Positions 37,301 to 48,709 of a stretch of 64,000 nt of DNA are shown here, in pieces. A model generated the notes under the pieces. The model saw nothing but the letters and a program-made list of their open reading frames with translations, was not told where the DNA came from and did not search any database. Numbering within the stretch: position 1 is the first letter of the stretch; every line of letters starts with the position of its first letter. Position numbers and translations under genes: made by a program. The DNA comes from Malacoraja senta (Eukaryota), in assembly GCA_038087875.1 (NCBI GenBank), contig JAXLNO010000563.1, positions 62,001 to 126,000 on the forward strand, given 5' to 3'.

Positions 37301-40300
37301 TCGTAGGCATCCGGAGACAGTCCGCAGGGCGCTGTTGAGGGCATCATCCAGCTTCTTGGCATGAGGGCTACGGCATCAGACCGGGGCGCAGTACTCGGCG
37401 GCTGAGAACACCAGGGCCACTGTGGACATGCGCAGTGTCATGGCTCCCCATGTGGTGCTGGGAAAGGCGGCGAATCAGTGCGGCACGGGCGCTTGTCTTT
37501 GCCTTGGCACCTTCCAGGTGTTGTTTGAATGACAACGTTCTGTCGAGCTTCACACCGAGGTACATGGGGCCAGGCTGTGACCGTAACCGGGCGTTATCCA
37601 CCATGACGTTCATCTCGTAGGACGCTTCCCTGTTGTTGAGGTGGAACATCAATTATAGTTTGTGGCTGAAACAGTTGATTTTAGCAAAATACAGAGTTTA
37701 GAATATCATCCAGTTAAGCCAGAACGTGTTTTTTAGCTTTTGGCAGTCCAAGCACCGGTTTAGTAATTTGGTAAATAACCTGGGAGCTGAAGTTAGCCCA
37801 TTTTGCAACGCTTTAACTGTTATCATTGTCCCATCCAGATAAATTTCAAATGTCTCCGGTGATCTCTGAGAATGGAAATCAGTTGTTTAACTGTAACGAA
37901 GTTCCATATTCTGAAAAGTCTATGTTGCACATGCGAGTTATATCAAGGATGAACCGACATCCTCCATCGTTCACAATGAACAGGCCACGCCTGCCATAAT
38001 TCCGTGCCTGCCTCGAACGACAACTCTGACCAGATTCCCGAGCCTGTCTTGAAAGGTAATTCTGGCCATAATACCGAGCCTGCCTCGAAAAACAACTCTG
38101 GCCATAATACTGGGCCTGCCTTGAAAGACACCTCCAGCCACAATTCTGAGCCTGCCTCGAAAGACAACTCTGGCCATATTTCCGAGCTTGTCTCGGAAGG
38201 CAATCCTGTCCGTAATACTGAGCCTGCCTCGAAAGACAACTCTGGCCCCAATTCCAAGCCATGCTTGGAACCCTTGTATACTGTGCAAAATAAACCAATC
38301 ACATGTTATCATTTTAGTTTATAAACAGATCTGAATCTCATGTTATCATTGTCATTTGTACAAAAACAAGTGTAAATATGACCAACTTGTAAATGGTCCA
38401 CATACCCCATGTTTTGGAAGAACCAGACCCACCTACCTCCATGGTTACCGGTGGTCTTATGGTAAGCCCAAAGGCCCCTGATGTGGGTTCTATTCCCATC
38501 CTTGATTGGAGAGTAGGACTGGTAGGGTGTGTGGATTCCATATTTCCTGAGACCGGCTTGAACCTTGGCCTGAAAAACCTCTGCCCAGCTTTCAAGCTGC
38601 CACCAGCTTCAGTGAACTGCTTACTGCCGCTGAGGCATGGGGTGTGTCGTCGCCGAAACAATGAAGCTTTGTTCATCGTTGGTACCTTGATTAGTCCGAC
38701 AGCTTTTGCTTCCTCATCCAGGTATACATGTTGGATAAGTCTTACCTGAAGAGAAGATTCGGCGGCTGGTTTCATTTCCTGGACCTCCAATGTCACACCT
38801 GATTCAAGCTGTTCACTGCCGGCACTTGTAGCGTTAGGGGAACTCTGGTCCCTTCCGGGTTTTCTGCAAACGGCTGGAACCAACTCTTCCGGCAGTAACC
38901 CCTTCGTTTGCGAGTGTTTCCTTGGAGCCATATGCATGTGCTCCAGTATGTTCCACGGACATACTTTCGAATTTGAAGTCAGTTACGCACTGACCACTCG
39001 CACTCCCCTCCACATAGAGGGAGATTCGTAGGCAGCCCTGAAAACAGGTGCTGCCGCAGGCCCCTGAGCATACCTGCGCTGATATGACCCCTCCTACGGA
39101 CCTATATCATGATTTTTGCTCTGACAGGAACTGACCCCGAATGCTCCCCTCCTCAGAGAGGGAGACATTGTGCAGCCCTGAAACAGGTGCCGCTGCTGCC
39201 GGCCCCCGAGGAGACCCGCGCTGATAAATCCCTCCTTTGGAGTATATCATTGTGGAGCAACCTCTCCATCACGTGCTCCATGTGGGTTTAGATGTCCACA
39301 GACTCTACCCATTGAAGGAGGGAACCCTCCTGGCCCGACTCCTCCGAGTCCAAAGGCCTGACTGACTTACTCCCGGTTTTACCCCCTTTCTGGGGCACCA
39401 TAGCGGTCTGGGAGCCGCTGACCCCATTGTCAGCGACTTAGGTAGCGAACCCGACGGCCGATGGCTACCCGCACTTCAGCGGTCCGGACCGGGTTCTCCC
39501 CATGGTCCATAACCGGTTTCCCCGCGGCCCGTCCGGACTTCGCCCTGAAATTGAATCCAGCAGGCAAATTCTGTAACAGAGCTTCCTGCAAGACAAAAAC
39601 AGAACCTGGAAATAAGTTTTAAAACTTACCTGCAGGTTTAAACATACCGCTGGAAGGAGCAGTGGGCCTGCCAGTCAGTCGTTGCGCAATTCGCTAGACG
39701 TAATGACGTGCATGCACACTGGCGGGCTTCTTCACGGAATCACTCAAGTGACTCCGAAGTAAAATTTATGTTTAGTGTGTTTTCTATGAAAAGTATTTTC
39801 ACGGGTCTGTTATACAAGTAAGAATATCGTTGTTCTGTTTTCAGTTGATGACAATTAAACATTCTTCACTCTTGACTCTTGTCCATAACTGAGAAAGTTT
39901 CTTCTCCATAGGTACAATCGTTCCCATCTCTGCTGGTTGGGCAATTTACGCCCCATTTGTAAATGGCAGGATAAAACAGGAATTTTCATTTTTAATTTCA
40001 CTGCCTCTTGAGGTCCAATGTCCACCTGACCCAAATGATCCGTCAGTTTCTGTCGTCTTTCATCCTGAATGTACAGGTTATGTCAGGTGAGTTTGTTTTT
40101 ATTCAATTTTTATTCTGTTATTTCAGTTAGTTGTTTGTTCCTTTGACACGTTTCCACATGGTCTTCCTGACAACACTGCACTCAGGCACGGTGGGAATGT
40201 GGTGAGTGGGCTGGTTCACACGGGTAGGGATCGTGATCATTAGCGGTGGTAAGAATGAGTTGGCTCCTGACTCACAACCTTCACTCCCTCTCCTGAGGGC

Positions 40301-43300
40301 ACGACCATTCTCCACACAGACAGGGTCAGCTGGAGACTGGATGTGACCGACACTCGTTTCCACCTGACCCGATCTCTGGTGAGGGTTCGGTACCTGCAAA
40401 CTAACATTGTTAACCATACCTTTGCCAAACTTGCCGTTTAGTATTAGAACACTTACTGATGCAAATATACTGGCTCGTGTTGTTCAGGAATTACATGGTA
40501 AATAGGTGCAGAAGGAGGCCATTCGGCCCTTCAAGCCAGCACCACCATTCACTGTGATCATGGCTGATCATCCACAATCAGTACACCATTCCTGCCTTCT
40601 CCCCATATCCCTTTATTCCGCTAGCCCGAAGAGCTCTATCTAACTCTCTTTTGAATGCATCGTGAATTAGCCTCCACTGCCTTCTAAGGCAGAGAATTCC
40701 ACAAATTCACAACTCCCTGGGTGAAAAATGATTTTCCTCATCTCAGTCCTAAATGGCCTCCTCCTTATTCTCACCTACACCATAGTGCATGATGTTTGTT
40801 TTGTGCTTTCCTGAATCAGCGTCACATCCAAATAAAGCAATCTTTCAATGAAAATAAATAAAATGGCGGAAATCTGAAATAAACAGTAATGCTAGAAAAA
40901 CTCAACAGGTCAGGCAGCGCCTGGGGAAAGATAAACAGTTAACATTTCAGGTTCGAGACTCTTTTGTGTAGGGAGGAACTGCAGATGCTGGTTTACACTG
41001 AAGATAGTTACAAAATGCTGGAGTAACTCAGCGGGTCAATCAGCACCTCTGGAGAAAAGGAATAGTTGACGTTACGGGTCGAGACCTTTCTTCAGAATCT
41101 TTTTGCATCCTTGTTAGCCACGGGTACGGAAGTAGAAGACTAGAAGGTGGCCATTGCTGTGCCTTTGTTTCACAAGTGAGGTGAGGACAAGCAGGGAACT
41201 ACCCGCTGGTGAGCCTGACATCACTGCTGAGAATGTTACTGCGGGGCAGTCTGAGAGACAGGATCTCACAGTATTTGCAAAGACAAGGACTGATTAGGGA
41301 TAGTCAGCATGGCTTTGTGCATGGGGAATGAAGTCTTACAAATTTGAATGCGTTTATTGAAAAGTGACCAAGGAGATTGGTGAAAGTTTAGTTTAGTTTA
41401 GACGTACAGCGCAGAATCAGGCCCTTATGCCCACCGAGTCCATACCGACCAGTGATCCCTGCACACCCACACTGTCTGACACACACCAGGGATAATTTAC
41501 ATTTTTTTAAATTAAGCCAATTAACCTACAAACCTGTATGTCTTTGGAGTGTTGGAGGAAACTGAAGATCTCGGAAAAAAACCCACACGGTCACAGGGTG
41601 AACGTACAAACTCTATACAGACAGCACCCATAGTGGGGATTGAACCTGGGTCTCTGGTGCTGTAAGCGGTGTAAGGCGGCAACTCTACCGCTGTGCCACC
41701 GTGCCACCCAATTGAGTTCAATTGATTAAATTCAATCTGCCGTTTCATGGTCCATTTCTGGAACTGATCTATACTTTGACAGTATTTGTATACTTACTGT
41801 ATACTTTGACAATATTTCTCACTGTCTGCAACTCCATCAGTTCTGGTGTTGCCTGCAAAATCCATGTTGGCAACATCCACTGTTCTACTCTCATTGATCA
41901 CCTTCTCAATCTAAGTTCATGAGACATTATCTGCCATGGACAACATCACACTGACTGACCCGAATAAGGCCATCCAAATTAGAGTAAATCCTTTCCCGAA
42001 GAATCCTCTCCAATAGCTTCCCGGCCAGTGATGAGAGGCTAACCAACCTATAATGTCCTAGATTATCTCTACTTCCTTCTTAAACAAAGGAATAACGTTG
42101 GTTACACTCCAGTCCTCCCGGACTTCACCTGTGGCTAGAGAGAACACAAAGATCTTCATCGAGGCTCCTGCTATCTCTTCTCTTGTCTCTCTGAATAACA
42201 TGGCTCCTAACAGGCTATGGAGATGTATCCACCTTAATTCTCTTCATGAGCCCCAACACCTCTTCCTTCTTGGTTTCAAAGTGCACTCCCATTTCTGAAG
42301 AAGTGTCTTGACCCGAAGTGTTACGATCCATGTTCTAAGTGGTTCAATGGTTCAGTGGTTTATTTATTGTCATGTGTACCAGGTACAGTGAAATAAATGT
42401 TTTTGCATGTAGCTCAGCAAGACTATTCCCATACATAAGCACAATCACCCCTGTTAGTACATTAGTTATCCATTGTTCTCCAGGGATGCTGCCTGAACCA
42501 TTGAGTTACTCCAGCATTTAATAAACCAGTATCTGAATACATTGCATATTATTAGTATTCTCCGTACAGATGTCACTGTTTCCATATTCCTTTCCTGAGT
42601 GAATATTGATGCAAAGTTATCCTTTACTACCTCATCTACATCCTCTGACTCCAAGCATATATTCCCTCCTTTATTCTTGAGCAAAACTATCTATTTTTCC
42701 CTCTTCTTTTAATGTACATACAAGAGACCTTGAGATTTTCTTGAATTCAACTTGACATTGACATTTCATGGCCCGTTTAAGCCTTTCTGATTGCCTGTTT
42801 GTGTACTTTCCTGTTTGCTTCATATTCTTCAAAGGAAGAGTATGTAAGGTTTATCTCAGTGGGTCAGATAGGTGACATTTTGGGTCAAGACCCTTCTTCA
42901 GACTCTTCTCGACCCAAAACATCACCCATTCCTTCTTTTCAGTGATGCTGCCTGTCCCACTGAGTTACTCCAGCAATTTGTGTCTATCTTCAGTGTAAAC
43001 CAGCATCTGCAGTTTCTTCCTACACATCTTCAAACTTGTGGACACAAGGTGCTGGGGTAACTCAGCGGGTCAGGTAGCATCTCTGGAGTCTGAAGAAGGG
43101 TTCCTACTTGAAACGTCACCTATCCCTGTACTCATGAGGTGCTGCCTGACCACCTGTGTTACTCCAGCACTTTGTGTCATTTTTGTAAGCCAGCATCTGC
43201 AGTTCCTTGTTTCTACTTATGGAGTTGTGATTACTGTACTCTAAAAACTCTTCCACTGCAACACAGTCCTGTTGACAATAAACTAATCTGGGATCTGGTA

Positions 43301-44224
43301 ACATACCTGAATCACTCGATCCCAGATAACATCCTGGTGAATCACCTCTGCACCTTCTGCAGCGTCATCACACCTTTTCCATAGTAAAGATGCCTCCACA
43401 TCCCCGGTATTTCCATTTGTCCTTCCCCACCAAAAGAATATCTTGCTGCCTTGACTTCATCCCTTCTCCACCTCTAGTCTCTACAGAATCACGATGAGCT
43501 TCACAAGATTCCATCCCCTGACACATGGCCCCTCCCCCTCTCATTCAGTTGTTTGAAAGGTTTGCTTCAATGGGGCCTTTAGGTCGGCATGGACAAGTTG
43601 GGATAAGGGGCCGGTTTCCATACTCGATATTCCATGACTTGTACAAAGGATTCCTGAATTGAGTCCTTCACCAAGTAACTGCCAACAGAGGTCAGCAGTC
43701 ACACACAGGAGGAAAGCCGTGTGTTGCAACCATGTTGTTCAATGATCTGAGTGGAGAGTGATGAGGGTGGAGGAGGGAAAGCACTGAGGGAGGGAAAATA
43801 ATTCAGACCATCAAAAGTTGTGCCAGAGGAACTCAACGGATCGAAGTGTATCTGAGGAGGGAAAGGAGTTGTCGGTGTTCGGGTTTAAACCCTGCATCAG
43901 GATTGAATTCCGAGTCTCCCAGTGGGGAGCAGACTCTGCTTCTCACTGTCTGGGGCCGCCTGTGTTCCCAGCCCAGAGGGAGCGATGATACCAGCTCACT
44001 TTCAACCTCAGCGATCCGGAAAGTGGTCTTTTGTTCACTTAATGGAAGAATTGTTTTTAATTGTTGACAGGACATTTGAGCAGAAAACTGAAGACTATGA
44101 GAGGCTCGCCAATGAATTCAAAAAGGACTTGGAGAAAGACCACCGTTCCTTTCGCAGCCATTATGTCTATATCGCATGGTACAACACACGGGGACTTGTG
44201 CAAATGGCATTTACAACAAAGTGA
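28247..44224 (+). CDS. Spliced 4-exon gene, 196 aa, secreted SOUL/heme-binding protein 2-like family member (join 28247-28378, 34398-34527, 39912-40086, 44071-44224)
   Basis: All introns are GT-AG with compatible phases (0,1,2); total CDS 591 nt, no internal stop. Protein: MLRLCLTLSVLLGLQVAGTG(signal)ADERVTEACKSMMFYPVGKVKVYD/NYEELLLTNLQWLYTFVNGTDLKTATKIALDKFFDYSHFNNAA/GTIVPISAGWAIYAPFVNGRIKQEFSFLISLPLEVQCPPDPNDPSVSVVFHPECTGYV/RTFEQKTEDYERLANEFKKDLEKDHRSFRSHYVYIAWYNTRGLVQMAFTTK. The motif order (YE..W; F.Y...NN.AG; F.lP...PP.P.D..V; YVR.F; Y.A.YN) matches the SOUL domain as I recall it; no database search run. Confidence 0.85.
29246..29410. repeat. Imperfect ~70-bp-arm palindrome
   Basis: GTCATCAATGCATTGATCCACATTCCTCAGTAAA... 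pairs with ...TTTACTGAGGAATGTAGATTGATGCATTAATGAC. Confidence 0.75.
29818..30454. mobile_element. MITE-like element with ~52-bp terminal inverted repeats
   Basis: AAAATCTCTGTGTAGCATCTCTGTTCCTATCTTCAAATTCCCACTTTGAAAT vs ATTTCAAAGTGGGAATTGGAAGATAGGGACAGAGATGCTACAACAGAGATTTT; internal poly-G 30306-30333. Confidence 0.65.
31113..32081 (+). mobile_element. GC-rich non-autonomous retroposon related to 14337-15295, with (ATCA)n tail
   Basis: Shares GTCCCTACCTGGTCGG, GGCGGCACAGCGCTGGAGCG and the CCTTCCCCCACAG hairpin; internal ~54-bp tandem repeat 31490-31670; different 3' tail. Confidence 0.75.
32140..32797 (+). mobile_element. CR1 LINE 3' end
   Basis: LVRPHLEYCVQFWSP...TRGHSLRI...FFSQRVVSVWNSLP; TATTG-type tail. 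Confidence 0.9.
33062..33131. repeat. Hairpin with perfect 22-bp stem and 6-nt loop
   Basis: TATCCCTCAGTACAGCAACATC-AAGAAC-GATGTTGCTGTACTGAGGGATA, with an imperfect extension. Confidence 0.85.
34398..34527 (+). CDS. SOUL-family gene exon 2
   Basis: Pyrimidine tract ...tcctttcatcactctag| then NYEELLL...FFDYSHFNNAA; donor CAG|GTACGT; 130 nt, phase 0 to 1. Confidence 0.85.
34928..35265. repeat. Degenerate (TG)n microsatellite
   Basis: TG-rich low-complexity tract. Confidence 0.9.
36749..37650 (-). mobile_element. Vingi/Ingi-like LINE 3' fragment inside DIRS F
   Basis: YLGVKLDRTLSFKQHL; WTTLNRLRTGIGR...WG...CECG..QT..IV..CP zinc-knuckle-like segment; AAG-type tail; clade assigned from memory of the motifs. 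Confidence 0.65.
37993..38260. repeat. 36-bp minisatellite, ~7.5 units
   Basis: Consensus GGCCATAATACTGAGCCTGCCTCGAAAGACAACTCT. Confidence 0.9.
39912..40086 (+). CDS. SOUL-family gene exon 3
   Basis: cttctccatag| then GTIVPISAGW...LPLEVQCPPDPNDPSV...GYV; donor CAG|GTGAGT; 175 nt, phase 1 to 2. Confidence 0.85.
40495..40772 (-). mobile_element. CR1 LINE 3' end fragment
   Basis: Homologous to 50170-50440. Confidence 0.75.
41386..41710 (-). mobile_element. tRNA-derived V-SINE (HE1-like)
   Basis: rc head GGTGGCACGGTGGCACAGCGG (A box) ... GGTTCAATCCC (B box); V-domain-like GTGGGTTTTTTCCGAG..GTTTCCTCC; (TAAAC)n tail. Confidence 0.8.
41940..42835 (-). mobile_element. Degenerate CR1 ORF2 fragments with short nested repeats
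   Basis: 42466..42684 LKNKGGNICLE...NFASIFTQE; NVIPLFKK-like segment near 42070-42100. Confidence 0.55.
42860..43220. mobile_element. Cluster of Penelope-type palindromic repeats
   Basis: GCATCTGCAGTTCC / TTACTCCAGCA / CTGAAGAAGGG..GAAACGTC modules as at 12123, 25615, 29655, 40970. Confidence 0.6.
44071..44224 (+). CDS. SOUL-family gene exon 4 (terminal coding part)
   Basis: ttgttgacag| then (R)TFEQK...YIAWYNTRGLVQMAFTTK, stop TGA at 44222-44224 (3' part of track ORF 43922..44224). Confidence 0.82.
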
Positions 44225-45008
44225 AGCATAATCTCTCTCTCAGAGGTTCTGCTACATTTACAGATTCCACACAGTGAGATGCGCTAAACTCTATTCTTCA
44301 CTTTAACAAGGGTCTTCCACATACATCAACAACAACATGTGGCATCTTAATGGAGCCAAACCTGCTCTGGGAATCAAGGGATATGGGGAAAAAGCAGGAA
44401 GGGGTTACTGATTTTGGATGATCAGCCATTATCATATTGAATGTCGGTGCTGACTCAAATGGCCGAATGGCCCACTCCTGCACGTATTTTCTATGTTTCT
44501 ATGTTACACACATTGGGTGAACCCTGTATGTTTGCCACTGTTGGGGTTTTGAACCGTCCCCTGTACCCTGTGTATAAACACTGCCCTCTAATGCAGTTGC
44601 CAGCTCCCACCTCCCACCCACAGGGCTGCTGTGAAGGGGGCTCACACCTCAGTCACAATGAACCAGCTACATTCACTCCAATGTGAGGCTTTCTCTGGTT
44701 GGACATCTGGGTGTTTGGGGAAAGAGCCATCAAGGCAGAGATATCTGTTCCAAGTCTCCCCACTGCACAGTTGTACATGGGTGGGGGCCTCCTCTGGGCA
44801 ACAGTGTCCTGTCCTCTGCAATCTGGAGAGTGTAATCCCTGGGTGTTGTAGGAAAAGCAACTCATTGATTGGAGGAGCTACTAGTGGGCCATTGCTCCTG
44901 TTAACACCAGTCCATTCTCAGCTGCTCTAGTGGCATTAATAGGCCCTTGTCTTTAGATTCTTTGTGTGTTTTGTTTTCCAAACTGCTGGGAATGTATTCT
45001 CACTGTGA

Positions 45009-45014
45009 AATAAA
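45009..45014 (+). terminator. Candidate polyadenylation signal
   Basis: AATAAA about 790 nt after the stop codon; no transcript evidence. Confidence 0.3.
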
Positions 45015-45394
45015 GAGGGTGATGCATCACAACACTGGGTCTCCGGGTCGATTCTTACTCAGAAACAGAACTGGTCATTGATCACATCTCCAGTCCCACA
45101 GTGACTCCTTGGCTCAGCGCACAGTTGGGGAGATGCACGAAATGTTGCCCTTCACTGATGATTGGTGAAAGTGCATCAGGAAGTCTTGCTGCATTTGTAC
45201 ACAGCTTGATGAGACCACATCACAAATACGACGATTGAAAGCAAAACATTAGTGCTGTCAATGGGTGAGAACTATAGAAAATAGTGGAGATAATGAAATA
45301 CGAGTGTATGTTTATTCTCTAGACTCAATGATACTCTGGTCTTGCCAGCAACGTAGAGTAGTTTCACTGGATCATTGCTGGCATAGTTCATAGC

Positions 45395-45840
45395 TTCTTC
45401 AGTGATAGGGGCAGAATTAGGCCATTCAAACCAACAAGTCTACTCCACCATACAATCATGGCTGATCTATCTCTCCCTCCTAAAGCCATTCTCCGGCCTT
45501 CTCTCCATAACCCGTGGCACCCATACTAATCAATAATATGCCAATCTGTGCCTTTAAAATACACAAAGACACCCTCCACAGATGGTTTTTTTAATGAATC
45601 CCCCTCTGACTAAAGAAATTCTTCCTCATCTCCTTTCTAAAGGTATGTCCTTTTATTCTGAGGCTATGGTCTCTGGTCCTAGGCTCTTCCATTAGTGGAA
45701 ACATCCTCTCCACATTGACTAGCCAGGTCTTTCACTATTCGGTAAGTTTCAATGAGGTCCCCCCTCTTCGTTCTAAATGCCAGTGAGTACAGGCCCAGTG
45801 ACGTCAAACGCTCATCATATGTTAACCTAATCATTTCTGG
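45395..45840 (-). mobile_element. CR1 LINE 3' fragment
   Basis: Homologous to the CR1 3' ends at 50170-50620. Confidence 0.7.
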
Positions 45841-45943
45841 CATGAGGAGTTTGTGTTCTGAAGAGAGATTTGGTTACATTGGTCTCTGCTCGTTGGAGCC
45901 CTTGAGTCCTTGCAACATCCTTGTAAATCATCTCTGCACTCTT

Positions 45944-48697
45944 TCAATTCAATTCAATTCAATTCAATTCCTTTATTGTCATCTTGCAAGCAACAGTTGT
46001 GCAGTGCAAAACGAAAAGACGTTTCCCAGGGAATACCGGAGCATCGCACATGACGTTTAAAACATTTCACACATAATAATAATAATAACAACACTAAAAC
46101 AATCCAGTCCCTGATGGAACAGTATAAGTTAAAATAGATACAAACAACGTTAAAATACAGTAAGACCAATCATAAACATGTCCGGGGTGGCTGATTTGAG
46201 TGGCCAGTGCCAGTTATTCAAGTGGCCAGTGCCAGTTATTATAGTGTCCGTGCCAAGCCGCAGAATCAGGTGACTGTGAGTACAGAGTGGCTGTTTAGCA
46301 GCCTCACAGCATATGGCAGGAAGCTGTTTAGCAGTCTTGTAGTCCGGGTTTTGATGCTGCGATATCTCTTGCCTGATGGCAGGAGATCCAGGTGTATGTG
46401 GAGGGGGTGCATTTTGTCCTTGGCAATTTTTTGGGCTTTTTTCCGACAGCGGCTCAGGAACAGTTCTTGTACCGAGGGTAGGGAGACGCCAATGATCTTC
46501 TCTGCTCCCCTCACTACCCTCTGCAGAGCCTTCCTGTCCAAGCAGTTGCAGGTTGAGTATCACGTATTTAAACAGTACGTGAGTACAGACTCCACCGTAC
46601 CCCTGTAGAAAGTCCTGAGGATGTTGGTGGGGAGTGAGGCCTGTTTTAGTTTCCTCAGGAAGTGCAGTCGCTGATGGGCCCTTTTGACGGTCCCAGTGGT
46701 GTTTCTGGACCAGGTGAGGCTGTCTGTAATTTGCACGCCGAGGAACTTTATGCTCTCCACTCTCTCCACTGTGGCGCCACTGATGTTAAGGGGTGCATAC
46801 TTTGGCTGCGCCCTCCTGAAGTCGACAACCATCTCCTTTGTTTTTTCCACATTTAGTTCTAGATTATTTTTGCCGCACCAGTCCACTATTTGTTTTACTT
46901 CCTCCCTCTACATTGATTCATCATCTCCGCTGATGAGTCCCACCACTGTTGTGTCATCCGCGAATTTTATGATCATATTGTCCCTCAATCTGGCCGCACA
47001 GTCATGTGTGAGCAATGTGAACAACAGCGGGCTGAGCACACAGCCTTGAGGTGAGCCGGTGCTCAGCGTGATCGAGCCTGAAGTGTTCTTGCCCACACGG
47101 ACTGACTGCGGTCTCTCTGTCAGAAAGTCCAAGATCCAGTGACACAGGGTGGTGTTGAGGCCCAGCAGGGTTAGTTTCTCCACAAGTCTCTGTGGGATGA
47201 TGGTGTTGAACGCAGAGCTGAAGTCAATGTACAGGATTCTGGCGTATGTGTTACTTTTTTCCAGATGCGTGAGCACTGTGTGCAGCGTGGTAGAGATGGC
47301 GTCCTCTGTAGAACGGTTGGGGCGATAGGCAAACTGGAGGGGGTCTAACGATGAGGGGAGGCTGGCAGTAATGTGGGGTTGCACCAGGCATTCAAAACAC
47401 TTCATTATTATTGGGGTCAGGGCGACAGGGCGGTAATCGTTTAGGCAGGCCACAACTGGTTTCTTCGCTATTGGGATTATTGTACTCGTTTTGAGGCATG
47501 TGGGGACAATGGCTTGAGGGAGATGTTATAGATGTCCGTTAGCACATATGCTAACTCCTCAGCACATTCCTTAAGCACACGTCCTGGGATGTTATCGGGT
47601 CTGACTGCTTTCCACGGGTTGACCTTAGACAGGATTCTCTATGTGTCCATAGGGTCTATGGTCAGGACTGGCTGGTCGGTTTGTATGCAGGGACTGGCTC
47701 TCCCCTTGGGTGTGGTGTTTGCTGCATCAAAACGAGCGAAGAAGTTGTTTAGTTCATCAGGGAGAGAAGAATCTGTGTCAGTTACCTGCTGCCTTGCCCT
47801 GTACCCCGTCAGTGTTTGGATTCCCTTCCACATCCTCCTGGTGTCTCCTGTGTCACAGAGGTGTCCCTGGATTTTTCCCGCGTAGGCACGTTTCGCTGCC
47901 CTGATTCCTTTTTCCAGTGCAGTCCTGCTAGATCGAAGAGCGGATGTGTTACCGGCTCTGTAGGCTTCATCACGAGCCCTCAGCAGTGAGCGTACCTCTG
48001 CTGTCATCCATGGCTTTTTGTTTCCACGTGCAGTGAAGGTTTTCATGATGGTGACATCCTCGGTGCACTTGGCAATGTAGCTGGTTACAGTCTCTGCATA
48101 CTCCTCGATGTTGATGAGGTCGTCATAGGATGCTGCTGTCCTGAACACATCCCAGTCAGTGTGCAGGAAGCAATCCTGCAGTGCTGAGGCTGCTTCCTCT
48201 GGCCAGACCCTGGTGTGTTTTCTCTCCGCTCTGACTTGTTTCTGCCGAGGTCTGTAGGCTGGTGTTAAAAACACTGAAATGTGGTCCAAGTGGCCCAGGT
48301 GAGGGCGTGGGGCTGCCTTGTAAGCCTCTGGGGTGTTGGTGTAAACCAAGTCCAAGATGTTCTCTCCCCTGGTCTCAAAATCCACATATTGCTTGAATTT
48401 TGGGAGCACCGTCTTAAGGCTGGTGTGATTAAAATCCTCGGCCACCACAATGAAGCTATCAGGATATTTGGTCTGGAACTCATTGATGGCGTCATGCAGA
48501 GCTCCCAGTGATTCGTTGGCCTTAGAATTTACATTATCACTTGGAGCAACATATACAGCCACAACGAAAACAACGGAGAATTCCCTCGGCAGATAGAAAG
48601 GCCGACATTTCACGATGAGGAATTCTATCAGCAGAGAGCAGTGTTTCCCGGCTATCGTAGCATTCGCACATCAGTCCTTGTTTATGTACAAGCACAT
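45944..48697 (-). mobile_element. Rex1/Babar-clade LINE (5'-truncated, frameshifted)
   Basis: APE-type ORF 47639..48613 (CRPFYLPREF, DFNH, LDLVY, DH); RT ORFs 46908..47453 ([31 protein letters not shown]), 46560..46886, 46266..46541; (GAATT)n tail. Confidence 0.9.
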
Positions 48698-48709
48698 AAA
48701 AATAGAACA

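Larger units (their letters stand above)
35497..39764 (-). mobile_element. DIRS1-like element F in intron 2 (internally deleted)
   Basis: Right terminus 35497-35605, ICR ~35720-35833, left terminus 39710-39764; YR remnant ~36070-36750, RT remnant ~37650-37970. Confidence 0.9.

Noticed and set aside
37993..38260. CRISPR-like array (regular 36-bp period)
   Set aside because: The units are contiguous tandem copies without unique spacers; there are no cas genes and the context is eukaryotic
41620..41710. tRNA gene
   Set aside because: The A/B boxes belong to a SINE head followed by a V-domain and tail
44502..45067. Possible solo LTR (TG...CA with AATAAA near the end)
   Set aside because: No TSD; the TGTT start overlaps a CR1 tail repeat; could simply be 3' UTR
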